Assembly: GCA_044226015.1 (NCBI GenBank)
Contig: JBGAHS010000001.1
Coordinates: 480,001 to 544,000 of the forward strand
From: Candidatus Obscuribacteraceae bacterium
GTDB lineage: Bacteria > Cyanobacteriota > Vampirovibrionia > Obscuribacterales > Obscuribacteraceae
Direction: 5' to 3'
Length of the DNA stretch: 64,000 nucleotides
Part shown: piece by piece, positions 28,885-38,000 of the stretch
How positions within the stretch are numbered: position 1 is the stretch's first letter
How the letters are laid out: every line of letters begins with the position of its first letter
Program-made: the position numbers and the translations under genes
The notes under the pieces: model-generated
Told to the model about the DNA's origin: nothing
Database searches by the model: none
Seen by the model: the letters and a program-made list of their open reading frames with translations, nothing else

Positions 28885-30267
28885 ATGAAATCCCTTGTCA
28901 ATACATATAAACTAGGCTGGTTAGGTTGCCGGAGACGCTCATTGTCAAGTGTCAAGAAAAGAAGGTTGTTCTCGACCGTCTGTGCTGCTGCGTCCGTAGG
29001 GCTTCTGCTCAGCGTGGGCAGTCCTCTGGGTGTGTTGGCTGAGGACGATGTAGACAGTTGGATTCAAGAGTCGGGTGCGCAATCTGCTGCTGCTAAGCCT
29101 TCGGTTAGCGAGGTTTTAGAAAAGAACCGGTCAGCCATGCAAGTGCCCATCGTCGACCACAGCTACGACCAGCTGGGCTCTGGCAAGAAAATTGCCCAAT
29201 CCATTCCTCGAATGCCTGTCTCTGCACCACCTGCGGTGCCACATGCTGCGACTGCTGTTCCGGTTGCCGGAAATTCTGGAACACCTTTACTGAAAGGGCA
29301 AATTACATATTGCATTCCGCGCGGCACACCGTTAAAGCTCAAGCTTGCTACTGTTCCGATGCCTGCTATGAAGATGGACCTTCGTGATGAGGAAGGCAAC
29401 CTGAAGCCAGCGCAAACTGGCGAAGAGATTACAGCCAAAATTACGGAAGACATTTATGTTGACGACAATAAAGTCATTCCTGAAGGAACCATTTTTTACG
29501 GGCGGGTCTCGAAAATTCATGCGCCCCGTCACGTAGGTCGGGAAGGACATCTCGAGATCTCTTTTGACAAGTTAGCTACTCCTGATGGGCGGGTCTTCAA
29601 GTTCGAAGCCGAAGCAAACAACTTCAAGGAGTCGACCAATAAGTCTAAACTCAAGGGGGCTGGACGTCTAGCGGCTCACACTGCAGGCGGTGCTGCTCTC
29701 GGCGCCTTGATCGCATACAAAGCTGTAGGTGGTTGGCAAAACACGGTCGCTATGCACGGCTACAACGTTGCAGGTGGTGCTGCAGTTGGTGCAGTTTGCG
29801 GTCTGGCATACGCTTTGTGGAAGCGTGGACCAAACGCCGTGCTTGAACCTGGTGATGAATTTAATATGTCTATCGATACTGACTTGCTTATTCCGGCGGC
29901 AACTAAGCCTACGGTAAAGCCGCCGCCCGTTTCGATGCCTGGTTTCGAAGTCGCCGTCATCAAGAAAAAAGTGATGAAAGATGACATGGGAATGGGTCTT
30001 CACAAGATCCGAATCGACACTGTTATGGTTAACCATACTAATCGGAAGTTGAGTTCAATCGACCTCTTTCTCGAAGACGATCTCGGTAATCGATTCCCCG
30101 TTTCACCTGATGAGGACGAGGAATCAGAGCAACTCTTTTATTTGAACCCGATCACTCAGCAGCGAATTGTGTGCTCATTTGTCGTGCAGTTTCCCAAACT
30201 AAAACACAAACTGGTCTGGCTCGATCACATTACCCATAAGGTCATTTTCGAGCAGAAGCTTCGTTAG
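28885..30267 (+). CDS. exported protein with TrbI/VirB10-like domain, glycine zipper and C-terminal beta domain
   Basis: Signal-like hydrophobic stretch; IPRGTPLKLKL...VIPEGTIFYGRV...GHLEISFDKL; GGAALGALI and GGAAVGAVCG zippers. Confidence 0.6.
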   Translation: MKSLVNTYKLGWLGCRRRSLSSVKKRRLFSTVCAAASVGLLLSVGSPLGVLAEDDVDSWIQESGAQSAAAKPSVSEVLEKNRSAMQVPIVDHSYDQLGSGKKIAQSIPRMPVSAPPAVPHAATAVPVAGNSGTPLLKGQITYCIPRGTPLKLKLATVPMPAMKMDLRDEEGNLKPAQTGEEITAKITEDIYVDDNKVIPEGTIFYGRVSKIHAPRHVGREGHLEISFDKLATPDGRVFKFEAEANNFKESTNKSKLKGAGRLAAHTAGGAALGALIAYKAVGGWQNTVAMHGYNVAGGAAVGAVCGLAYALWKRGPNAVLEPGDEFNMSIDTDLLIPAATKPTVKPPPVSMPGFEVAVIKKKVMKDDMGMGLHKIRIDTVMVNHTNRKLSSIDLFLEDDLGNRFPVSPDEDEESEQLFYLNPITQQRIVCSFVVQFPKLKHKLVWLDHITHKVIFEQKLR

Positions 30268-30452
30268 TTCGATTCTGCGGTCGATCAATCAATTGGATCC
30301 CACTCACGCGTTTTGCATCTAACGGGCTGCGAGCTATTTCTTCTACTTATTTTGGAACTCAAAAAGCTAGAAAACCCCCCGTTTAAGGGAGGCTCTCTAA
30401 CAGGAGGAAGGCGCAAGTAAAGCTTTCGTTCTCTATTGCTGTGCCGTGCGTT

Positions 30453-30689
30453 TTACGCGATTTGCAATTGAACGTCGTAGTTGATTCGGACAGATTCGTA
30501 CTCAACGCGGATTGATACTGTGTTTCCAGTGCTGAATTCCAGTCTCACTCTTCCGAGGCTGCTGCCACCGTATTCTTTCCAATGTTTTGGAACTGATACT
30601 ATTACCGCTTCGGGTCCCCATTCTTCAACATATGCCTTGAGTACTTGGCACAGTTTTTCTTCGTCATTGGGATCTTGAAACATGCTCAT
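30453..30689 (-). CDS. small hypothetical protein
   Basis: 78-aa ORF with globular composition, convergent on the preceding cluster, with a hairpin near 30372-30397. Confidence 0.55.
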   Translation of the reverse strand: MSMFQDPNDEEKLCQVLKAYVEEWGPEAVIVSVPKHWKEYGGSSLGRVRLEFSTGNTVSIRVEYESVRINYDVQLQIA

Positions 30690-30963
30690 TGTGTCGTGCC
30701 GCCTTATTTAGTGGAGAAGTCCGTTTCCAACCTTGTGAACACAGTCTAAGCTTTCCACTCGACATCGCCAATTGGGGAATTTCCCATGGCACTCGTAAAA
30801 GTCCCATGAGGACTGTCTAAAAACTGGAACTGACATTTGGCTTACGTTTTGGGAGTAATGTCTACTTTTGGGCACGGGACAATTAGCCCTTGACATTTTT
30901 TGCGGAAGTCCGCAATCCCAGGAAAAAAGTCCCCGAAACCATTGGTTTGTCGTTGTGCAAATG

Positions 30964-30999
30964 AAAGGGTTCTCGCTCTATTGAAACGAGAACCCCCTT
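30964..30999 (-). terminator. intrinsic terminator of the 347-aa gene
   Basis: GGGTTCTCG...CGAGAACCC stem. Confidence 0.6.
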
Positions 31000-31036
31000 A
31001 TTAATTCGTTCAGCTCAGCAAAGTTTGTTTGACTTG

Positions 31037-32080
31037 CTAAATCCAGCTCCACCAGTGAAGCTCGCTGCGGACATTGGACAGAGCATCGACCCCTGCGTTG
31101 CCCCAGGGCTGTTCGTCCCTTCCGTTGCGGTCGTTGCCTTTAACGTGCGAACCTTCTATTTTGATGCTAGCGCGTGTGGCCTCCGCGGATAGGACAGATG
31201 CACCGAAGGCACCTACCCAGAAATGGTATGACGAGCCGGTGCTGGAATCTGCGTAGTCTGTCAGAGGTTTGAACACAGCGTATTTATTGTTTGCATCAAA
31301 CAAAGCCTGGTCGTGATTTGCCATTCGATCATGCTGTTGGTATTTGTTTTCCATAATTTCTCGAAGCCCGGGTACATGAGCTCCTAATTTTTGAGCGTCA
31401 TGTTTTCCATTTCTCTCTCCGAATCGACAATCTTCAAGAATCTGCCGTACAGGGTCTCCTGCTGGGAGATTCTCGGGATTCGCCGCGTTGGAACGGGCAA
31501 TAGCTCGCATCACGTTGTGAGCCGTTAGCAAGGCATCCTCGATTACTACCTGTCTATCGTTATTGGTATTCACTTCCAGCGACCATTTCATGATCATGTC
31601 AGGTGAAATTTTTTCTTTGGGATCTGTTATGTCGTGGTATTTCGCGTAACTACAAATCTTTTTGTACAGATCAATTTCCGTTCCGCTTCGTATTGGATGC
31701 TCTCTCAATGCGTTGACCGGATTGCCCTCTTCGCAAAATAGATAATTGGCGATGAAGACATTTCCCTGGTGCTTGTCTGCCCATTTTGCGTCGGTGTAGA
31801 CCTTATTACCCGCTTTCTCGTAGTCTCTGATTGCTTGCGAGACCTTCGTAGCCGTGTCCTCTGGCTTAAGCACAGGGTTTCTTTCAGAATAATTTTCTTT
31901 CTTTTCCGTGGCTTTGTCTTTTGACTCACCTTTCTCTGCGCTCTTCATCAAATGACCAAACATCTTTTTTGCGTCTTCCTTTACGGCTTCGACGCGTTCG
32001 AGCGTTAAACCGGGCTTTCCTTCACTGTGCTTGTCCAGTTTTTGCTCGGCTTTATCATTTTTTTGATGCTTTTCGCCCAT
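31037..32080 (-). CDS. hypothetical protein (charged N-terminus, helical C-terminal domain)
   Basis: 347-aa ORF with SD AGGAG and a downstream terminator. Confidence 0.75.
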   Translation of the reverse strand: MGEKHQKNDKAEQKLDKHSEGKPGLTLERVEAVKEDAKKMFGHLMKSAEKGESKDKATEKKENYSERNPVLKPEDTATKVSQAIRDYEKAGNKVYTDAKWADKHQGNVFIANYLFCEEGNPVNALREHPIRSGTEIDLYKKICSYAKYHDITDPKEKISPDMIMKWSLEVNTNNDRQVVIEDALLTAHNVMRAIARSNAANPENLPAGDPVRQILEDCRFGERNGKHDAQKLGAHVPGLREIMENKYQQHDRMANHDQALFDANNKYAVFKPLTDYADSSTGSSYHFWVGAFGASVLSAEATRASIKIEGSHVKGNDRNGRDEQPWGNAGVDALSNVRSELHWWSWI

Positions 32081-32182
32081 AATGTTTCTTCTCCTACGAG
32101 ATTGCAGTCGCGAGTCTAAGAACCGCTCTATACTTTATTCCCCGGGAAGTTCTTATGGCATCAGCTGAGGCGGAAGAAACTA

Positions 32183-33682
32183 TTAAATGTCACTTTGATA
32201 GAGTCTGCGTATGGTGCGAGAGTCCCGACCGGAAAGGTCTCGCCAGCCATCTTTGAATGTCGTGGAATAAAACATTATGTCGTCGGGGTTTGAAGTGTGA
32301 CCGCAAAGACCTAGCGCATGACCTACCTCGTGCAGTGCCACCATTCTGAATACATTGTCTGTAAGCGGCATAGATTTTGTCAGTGGTTGGGTGAGAAACC
32401 AGATTTCAGCATTGCTTATATAAGATTGGTCTTCAAAAACTCGGGCATCGCCAGCTTCAGAAGAGTTCTTTAGAGATGCCCGATCGCTTGTCCAATAGCA
32501 TTTGAGTCGCGCTTGTTCTGGCGCAGAAGCATAAATGAATGAAACATTTCCGTCTGATGCTTTAGCCCAATCATCGAAGCAGCGTCTCAAAATACTCTTC
32601 ATTGAGTCGCGATAGCCATCCGTTTTTGTTCCATCTGAAATATAAACGCTGACAGGCAGGCGGCTTTTGGGCCAGCGTGTTAAGCCCACTCCGTTGCGCT
32701 GCATTTGCGCAAGGTAATCGTCGTTGGCTTTTTTTGGTGCCTCGGCTGGCTCTTGATCATTCTCTGTTGGGTTTTTGTTTTGAGAAAGATCGAGCATATC
32801 TTGTTGAGTTTTTTCGTTATTAAGAGAGCTTCTTTCTTTGCTCAGAGAGCTGACGAGTGCATTTATTTTTGAATACATAGGGTCTTTCTTATCAGCGCGC
32901 TGCAAGTACTGTGCATAAGTTGCAATCGCGCGGTCAATGTCGCCCTTTGCCTGATACACTCCTCCGAGGGTAATCCAAGAAGACGCCAGGTTTGGATTTT
33001 GCTCTACGGCTTTCACAAGTTCAGCAACAGCTTCTTCGTTTTTTCCGAGTTTGGCATAGAGAAAACCGAGAGAGGCGTTCACTTTTGCATGCATGTTGTG
33101 ATTTGGAAATCGAAGTAAAAATTCATTGTAAGTGCTAACTGACTCAGTCAGTCTTCCGGCTGTCTGGTTGAACCCCGCCAGCAGAAGCCAGCTGTCAGCT
33201 AGATTTGGGTTGAGTTGGACTGCTGTTCTGAGTTCAGTTAAAGCCGCATCGTTATTGCCCAGTTTCGCGTAAGCTAAGCCCAACGAGTGGTGTATTTCCG
33301 CAAAGCCGTCATAGACGCTGATTGCCTGTTTGAATTTCTCCAGAGCTTGCTCGTTGTTGTTTGCTCGCATCAATAGCAAGCCTTCATCATGTAGCTTGGC
33401 CGCTTCGTACTGTTTTTTGTTCACAGGCTTGCCTTGAACGGTATAGCCATCACCTTTTAAGTCGCTTTTCAATCCTTGCGCAACTGGTGATGCTAGTTGA
33501 GATGAGGCAGTCATGCCTACACCTGGAACCATTAGCTGTTCGTTCCTGGTTGAAGGAGTCGATTGCGCCTTGACAGCGGGAGCCAGCAAGGACATTAATA
33601 GTAGGAGTCGTAGGCTTGTAGCAAAAAACACGCCAGCTGCGGCGGCGCCAGTCGCATTCAGTGTTTCCTTTTCTGCTGCCAT
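32183..33682 (-). CDS. secreted TPR protein with C-terminal matrixin (M10-like) metalloprotease domain
   Basis: Signal peptide, several TPRs, HEVGHALGLCGH zinc motif and DIMF Met-turn. Confidence 0.9.
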   Translation of the reverse strand: MAAEKETLNATGAAAAGVFFATSLRLLLLMSLLAPAVKAQSTPSTRNEQLMVPGVGMTASSQLASPVAQGLKSDLKGDGYTVQGKPVNKKQYEAAKLHDEGLLLMRANNNEQALEKFKQAISVYDGFAEIHHSLGLAYAKLGNNDAALTELRTAVQLNPNLADSWLLLAGFNQTAGRLTESVSTYNEFLLRFPNHNMHAKVNASLGFLYAKLGKNEEAVAELVKAVEQNPNLASSWITLGGVYQAKGDIDRAIATYAQYLQRADKKDPMYSKINALVSSLSKERSSLNNEKTQQDMLDLSQNKNPTENDQEPAEAPKKANDDYLAQMQRNGVGLTRWPKSRLPVSVYISDGTKTDGYRDSMKSILRRCFDDWAKASDGNVSFIYASAPEQARLKCYWTSDRASLKNSSEAGDARVFEDQSYISNAEIWFLTQPLTKSMPLTDNVFRMVALHEVGHALGLCGHTSNPDDIMFYSTTFKDGWRDLSGRDSRTIRRLYQSDI

Positions 33683-33839
33683 TTCATCAGACCGAACTAT
33701 CTAGGTTCTTTATACCAGTTTACAGCTAATCGAATCTTAGAGCTTAAGCAAGCCTGGCTACGTCCTGATTCAGCAGGCGTGTTTTGAGAGGACTGTTCTG
33801 TTCGCTCAGCAATTCTTGCCGTATTTGCGGTGGATATGC

Positions 33840-33875
33840 AGAGAGGCACCGTGCGTGGTGCCTCTCTTTCGTTTG
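33840..33875. terminator. intrinsic terminator-like hairpin
   Basis: AGAGAGGCACC-N6-GGTGCCTCTCT perfect stem. Confidence 0.6.
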
Positions 33876-33907
33876 AACCTCAAAAGCTGAGCGATGCTTC
33901 GCTTCCG

Positions 33908-34507
33908 TTAGTTTAAGCAGTCTAGCTCTAAGCGATACCTGATTTGATGCATCTCTGTTCCGTTGAGCATGTCATGCTTCTCCTTGTGGTCTCTGGTAAA
34001 TCCAATTTTTTCGTAGAAGGCTTGGGCCTGTTCATTTTCAGCAAGAAACCAGACCGTACACTGGCGAAATCTGGAACGTCGCAGGTCGTTTAGGGCTGCT
34101 TGAATGAGTTCGCTTCCCAGATGCATTCCGACATATTCTGGCTCAATGTAAATCGTGAATAGCTCAGCAACATCTTGATCGACATCTTTGTCCAGGCTCT
34201 TGCCAATACTAGCAAAGCCTCTCACTACTCCATCTAATTCTAATAACCAGATGATGACGCCGCTTTCGATGTGTGCTTGCCAGCCCTTGGAGGCACCGTC
34301 TACGCTGAGTTTGTCCAGGAGTGCATCTGGAAGCAAGCCCCGATATGCTTTCTGCCACGCCCTTACATTTATTTCGGCAATGGCTCGAGCATCAGTCGAT
34401 TGGGCAAGTCTTGTATTCGTGCGCATTCTGTTTGAATCGTTATGCATTCCAGATTTTTTCATGAGACTTGTAGCTGTCATGTTTTTGCTCCGATTGAACT
34501 TGCTCAC
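33908..34507 (-). CDS. GNAT family N-acetyltransferase (start possibly downstream)
   Basis: DARAIAEINVRAWQKAYRGLLP, ELFTIYIEP...GSELI and N..AQAFYEKIGF. Confidence 0.9.
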   Translation of the reverse strand: MSKFNRSKNMTATSLMKKSGMHNDSNRMRTNTRLAQSTDARAIAEINVRAWQKAYRGLLPDALLDKLSVDGASKGWQAHIESGVIIWLLELDGVVRGFASIGKSLDKDVDQDVAELFTIYIEPEYVGMHLGSELIQAALNDLRRSRFRQCTVWFLAENEQAQAFYEKIGFTRDHKEKHDMLNGTEMHQIRYRLELDCLN

Positions 34508-34534
34508 CGACTTCCGTTTTCGGAATAGATTGAA

Positions 34535-34699
34535 TTAGATTCGTTCTGCCGCAAAACAGAGTTTCTCTGCGGATTTGGGCATGCAGAACTTCTCTTCTGA
34601 CTTTCCTGTTTTTTTCTGAACTCTTTCGCGCAAACCTAGTTTGTTCAATCCCAGTACTTTAGAATTTTGTCTCTTTGATTTACTATTCGAGTTCAACAT
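34535..34699 (-). CDS. putative 54-aa basic peptide (not in the ORF track)
   Basis: Hand-translated MLNSNSKSKRQNSKVLGLNKLGLRERVQKKTGKSEEKFCMPKSAEKLCFAAERI*; purine-rich GAAGGACGGAAGAAACG before the ATG. Confidence 0.4.
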   Translation of the reverse strand: MLNSNSKSKRQNSKVLGLNKLGLRERVQKKTGKSEEKFCMPKSAEKLCFAAERI

Positions 34700-34830
34700 C
34701 GTTTCTTCCGTCCTTCAACTTGGGGTCCAACAAAATCAAATATAGCGCTTGAATGTCGGGATTTCGTGAGGACTGGTAACGTCGTGCAAGAAGCAGTTTT
34801 GGGGATCGGGGGGCTGATTTGTGAGGGTAA

Positions 34831-34870
34831 TTGAAAAGCGAAGTTGTTTATAGACAACCTCGCCCTTCAA
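34831..34870 (-). terminator. terminator-like hairpin after pgk
   Basis: TTGAAAAGCGAAGTTGT...ACAACCTCGCCCTTCAA imperfect stem, with G-U pairs on the minus strand. Confidence 0.55.
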
Positions 34871-34894
34871 TTTCTTCTTTAATTGCTTGTAGTT

Positions 34895-36124
34895 TTACTT
34901 TTCAGCGGCCGCTGTTTCAAGCGAGTCGAGACAAGCTACACCTGGAAGTTCCAGCCCTTCGATGAATTCGAGTGATGCTCCACCGCCGGTTGAGACATGT
35001 GTGAACGACTCTGGGCTTGCTCCGTGTGCTTCAATTGCAGCAACTGAATCGCCGCCTCCAACAACGGTCTTAGTGCCCTCTTTTGTCAATTCGACCAGAA
35101 TATCGATCAATGTATAGGTGCCCGTTTCGAATCCGGCGAATTCAAAAGCTCCTAATGGACCGTTCCAGAGAATGGATTTGCAGCTCTTTAGCTCGCTCTT
35201 AATCATGGACATAGTCATTGGTCCTACATCTAACCCCATCATATCGTCAGGAATGGAATTAGCTGAGTGAAGGCTTGCAGGAGCGTTCTCTTTTAATTCA
35301 GAAGCACATACGAGGTCGAGTGGCAGAATGATCTTTACACCTTTCAGTTCTGCTGCTGCTAGAAGTTGTGTGCACAAATCAACCTTATCTTCTTCAACGA
35401 GAGATTTGCCCACTGGCTTGCCTTGCGCCTTCAGGAAGGTGAATGCCATGGCGCCACCGATGATTATCTTGTCTGCTTTCTGCAAGAGATTTTTCAAAAC
35501 GCCGATTTTTGTTGAAACTTTAGCACCACCAATGATAGTGGCAAAAGGTCTGGCTGGAGTGTGAAGAACCTCTGAGAGTGCCTTTATTTCTTTATTGAGC
35601 AAAAATCCTGATACGGATGTCTTCATGTGCTTGCTGACGCCCTCTGTGCTGGCGTGGGCTCTGTGCGCTGTGCCGAATGCATCGTTAACATAGATATCAG
35701 CCAGAGCTGCTAGCTGCTTGGCGAATTCAGGGTCGTTTTTCTCTTCTTCAGGATGAAAACGAACGTTTTCCAGCAACACAACTTCCCCATCATTCATGGC
35801 ATCAATTCGTTTCTTTGTTTCATCGCCAATGCAATTTGCTATCAATTCAACCTTTTGGTTTATCAATTCAGAGAGCCTTTCCGCGACCGGCTTGAGGCTG
35901 TACTTTTCAGATGGTCCACCTTTTGGTCGTCCGAGGTGTGAGCAGAGAACAACCTTTCCACCAGCATCCTTCAAATACTTGATGGTTCCGAGAGCTGCTC
36001 TTATTCTTGAGTCGTCTGTGATTTTTTTGTTTTCGTCTTGCGGAACGTTGAAGTCAACGCGAACAAGTACTCTCTTGCCTTTGTATTGTTCCGGTGAAAG
36101 ATGTTGGATAGTCTTCTTAAGCAT
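34895..36124 (-). CDS. pgk: phosphoglycerate kinase
   Basis: RVDFNVP, SHLGRP, LLENVRF, DAFGTAHRAHAS, GGAKV and HVSTGGGASLEF. Confidence 0.98.
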   Translation of the reverse strand: MLKKTIQHLSPEQYKGKRVLVRVDFNVPQDENKKITDDSRIRAALGTIKYLKDAGGKVVLCSHLGRPKGGPSEKYSLKPVAERLSELINQKVELIANCIGDETKKRIDAMNDGEVVLLENVRFHPEEEKNDPEFAKQLAALADIYVNDAFGTAHRAHASTEGVSKHMKTSVSGFLLNKEIKALSEVLHTPARPFATIIGGAKVSTKIGVLKNLLQKADKIIIGGAMAFTFLKAQGKPVGKSLVEEDKVDLCTQLLAAAELKGVKIILPLDLVCASELKENAPASLHSANSIPDDMMGLDVGPMTMSMIKSELKSCKSILWNGPLGAFEFAGFETGTYTLIDILVELTKEGTKTVVGGGDSVAAIEAHGASPESFTHVSTGGGASLEFIEGLELPGVACLDSLETAAAEK

Positions 36125-36184
36125 GATGCTCTCCTGATTTGATAAGCGACCTGTTGCTGCTTCGCAGCTGCTGCCAGAAACAAA

Positions 36185-36212
36185 GTGCGCCTGGAATTTT
36201 CTCCAGGCGCAC
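36185..36212 (-). terminator. intercistronic hairpin/terminator between gap and pgk
   Basis: GTGCGCCTGGA-N6-TCCAGGCGCAC perfect 11-bp stem followed by TTTGTTTCT on the minus strand. Confidence 0.65.
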
Positions 36213-36272
36213 CCTTCATTTTCTTTCGGGGGTCTACCCTGGGTTAGCGGCTAGCGCTGTTCCCGGTTGAAT

Positions 36273-37298
36273 TTAGACCTTAGCGAGAGCCAATTTGTTA
36301 GCAACGATTGTGCCGAGTTCGATCAAGCGGTTGCTGTAGCCCCACTCGTTGTCGTACCAAGCAAGAACTTTAACCATTTTGTCGCCAACTGACATTGTGA
36401 GGTCAGCATCAACAACTGAAGAAAGTTTGTTGCCGCAGAAGTCGATTGAAACTAGCGGTGTTTCGGTGTAACCCATGATACCGTTCAAGCCAGCGCCTGC
36501 TGCATCTTTGAGCACCTTGTTGATAGCTTCTTTGCTTACTTCTTTCTTTGTGCGAACTACCAGGTCAACAACTGATACGTTCGGGGTTGGAACGCGCATT
36601 GCGAAGCCGTTCAATTTACCCTTGAGGTGTGGCATTACCAAACCGATTGCTTTAGCTGCACCGGTGCTCGAAGGAATCATCGATTGACCAGCTGCTCTAG
36701 CTCTGCGGAGGTCTTTGTGACCTGTGTCGAGCAAGCGTTGGTCAAGGGTGTAGCTGTGAATTGTGGTCATGAGACCTTCTTCGATTCCGAATGCATCGTC
36801 GATAGCTTTTGCTACTGGAGCGAGGCAGTTGGTTGTGCAGCTAGCGTTTGAAATGATGTGGTGCTTGTCTGGATCGTAGCTCTTGTCGTTGACACCGAGA
36901 ACGATGGTGATGTCTTCGTTTGTTGCTGGAGCTGAGATAAGAACCTTCTTGGCGCCTGAGCTGATGTGACCTTTAGCCTTAGCTGCATCAGTGAAAACAC
37001 CGCTGCACTCGAGAACGATGTCGATTCCGAGCTTAGCCCATGGGCAAGTAGAAGGATCCTTCTCTTTCGAGAAAGCGAACTTCTTGCCGTCGATGATGAG
37101 GCTGTCTTCGGTGTGTGATACTTCGTTTGGCAGCTCGCCCAACACTGAGTCGTACTTGAGCAAGTGTGCTGATGTTGCTGTGTCTTGAAGGGGATCGTTG
37201 ATCGCAACTACTTCAAAACCTTTCGGCTGTGATGCGAGATAAGCACGGAGCGCATTGCGTCCGATTCTGCCAAAACCATTTATTGCTACTTTTGCCAT
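36273..37298 (-). CDS. gap: type I glyceraldehyde-3-phosphate dehydrogenase
   Basis: MAKVAINGFGRIGR, SNASCTTNCLAP and WYDNEWGYS; SD GGAGG before ATG at 37298 (the ORF-track start at 37541 is over-extended). Confidence 0.98.
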   Translation of the reverse strand: MAKVAINGFGRIGRNALRAYLASQPKGFEVVAINDPLQDTATSAHLLKYDSVLGELPNEVSHTEDSLIIDGKKFAFSKEKDPSTCPWAKLGIDIVLECSGVFTDAAKAKGHISSGAKKVLISAPATNEDITIVLGVNDKSYDPDKHHIISNASCTTNCLAPVAKAIDDAFGIEEGLMTTIHSYTLDQRLLDTGHKDLRRARAAGQSMIPSSTGAAKAIGLVMPHLKGKLNGFAMRVPTPNVSVVDLVVRTKKEVSKEAINKVLKDAAGAGLNGIMGYTETPLVSIDFCGNKLSSVVDADLTMSVGDKMVKVLAWYDNEWGYSNRLIELGTIVANKLALAKV

Positions 37299-37781
37299 GT
37301 GGCCTCCCGTAAGTGAGATTCTTGCCGCCGATGCGGACTTTTGAGTCGCCGTGTCTGGCTGGATTGGAAGCACAGGAGAATCTGTTTCCACAGTCTGACT
37401 TGTTGCTGCCAAGGCTGAGATTCCTGGTGCTGAACACGCTATCCAGCCGGCTGACCCCTGCCAGAGCCCAGCATATAAGCTGTCGCGTTCCTTCGATTGA
37501 ATATTTACTTTTCTTTTGTATACGCCGCAAACTTTGTTCATTCCTGTCTCAAACGCAGATTTTGCGCTTCAAACGTGTTTACAAAAGAAAGGGGCTTTGA
37601 TGATTGAAGGAGAGCTGGGTCGCCAGTGCCTCAGGTGCTTTCCAAGCTTCAAGCTTGCATTCCAGTAAGTGAAAAGCGCATCGTTGAGCAAAAATTACCA
37701 GTTTTGCGCAGGGCTGAAGCTGAAATTTCGGGTTTGGTCTTATAATGATGGTAGTCATTATGATGAGTTGAGGAAAATGCA

Positions 37782-38000
37782 ATGAAGGAAAGAGTTGAAG
37801 AAATTCTCGAAGGACTGCGCCCTATGTTGATGGCGGACGGCGGTAACATCGAGCTCATCGACGTTAAAGATGGCGAAGTTTTCGTGCATTTGCTGGGAGC
37901 TTGTGGAATGTGCCCAAGTTCAACCATGACATTGAAGCTTGGTGTTGAACGCGCGCTTAAGGAAGCAATTCCTGAAGTCAAGCGTGTTGTTCAGGTCTAA
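37782..38000 (+). CDS. NifU C-terminal domain (Nfu-type) Fe-S scaffold protein
   Basis: [14 protein letters not shown]...[14 protein letters not shown]. Confidence 0.93.
   Translation: MKERVEEILEGLRPMLMADGGNIELIDVKDGEVFVHLLGACGMCPSSTMTLKLGVERALKEAIPEVKRVVQV

Noticed and set aside
30700..30940. Four AAGTCC hexamers and a 62-aa ORF in an intergenic region
   Set aside because: The spacing is irregular, the motif is short enough to occur by chance, and the ORF has no supporting features.
37343..37457. SRP RNA or tRNA identity for the gap leader structure
   Set aside because: It lacks the SRP domain IV consensus around the GGAA loop and has no cloverleaf or T-loop.
37299..37541. 81-aa N-terminal extension of GAPDH in the ORF track
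   Set aside because: The canonical MAKVAING start at 37298 has a GGAGG SD, and the upstream region is better explained as a structured leader.
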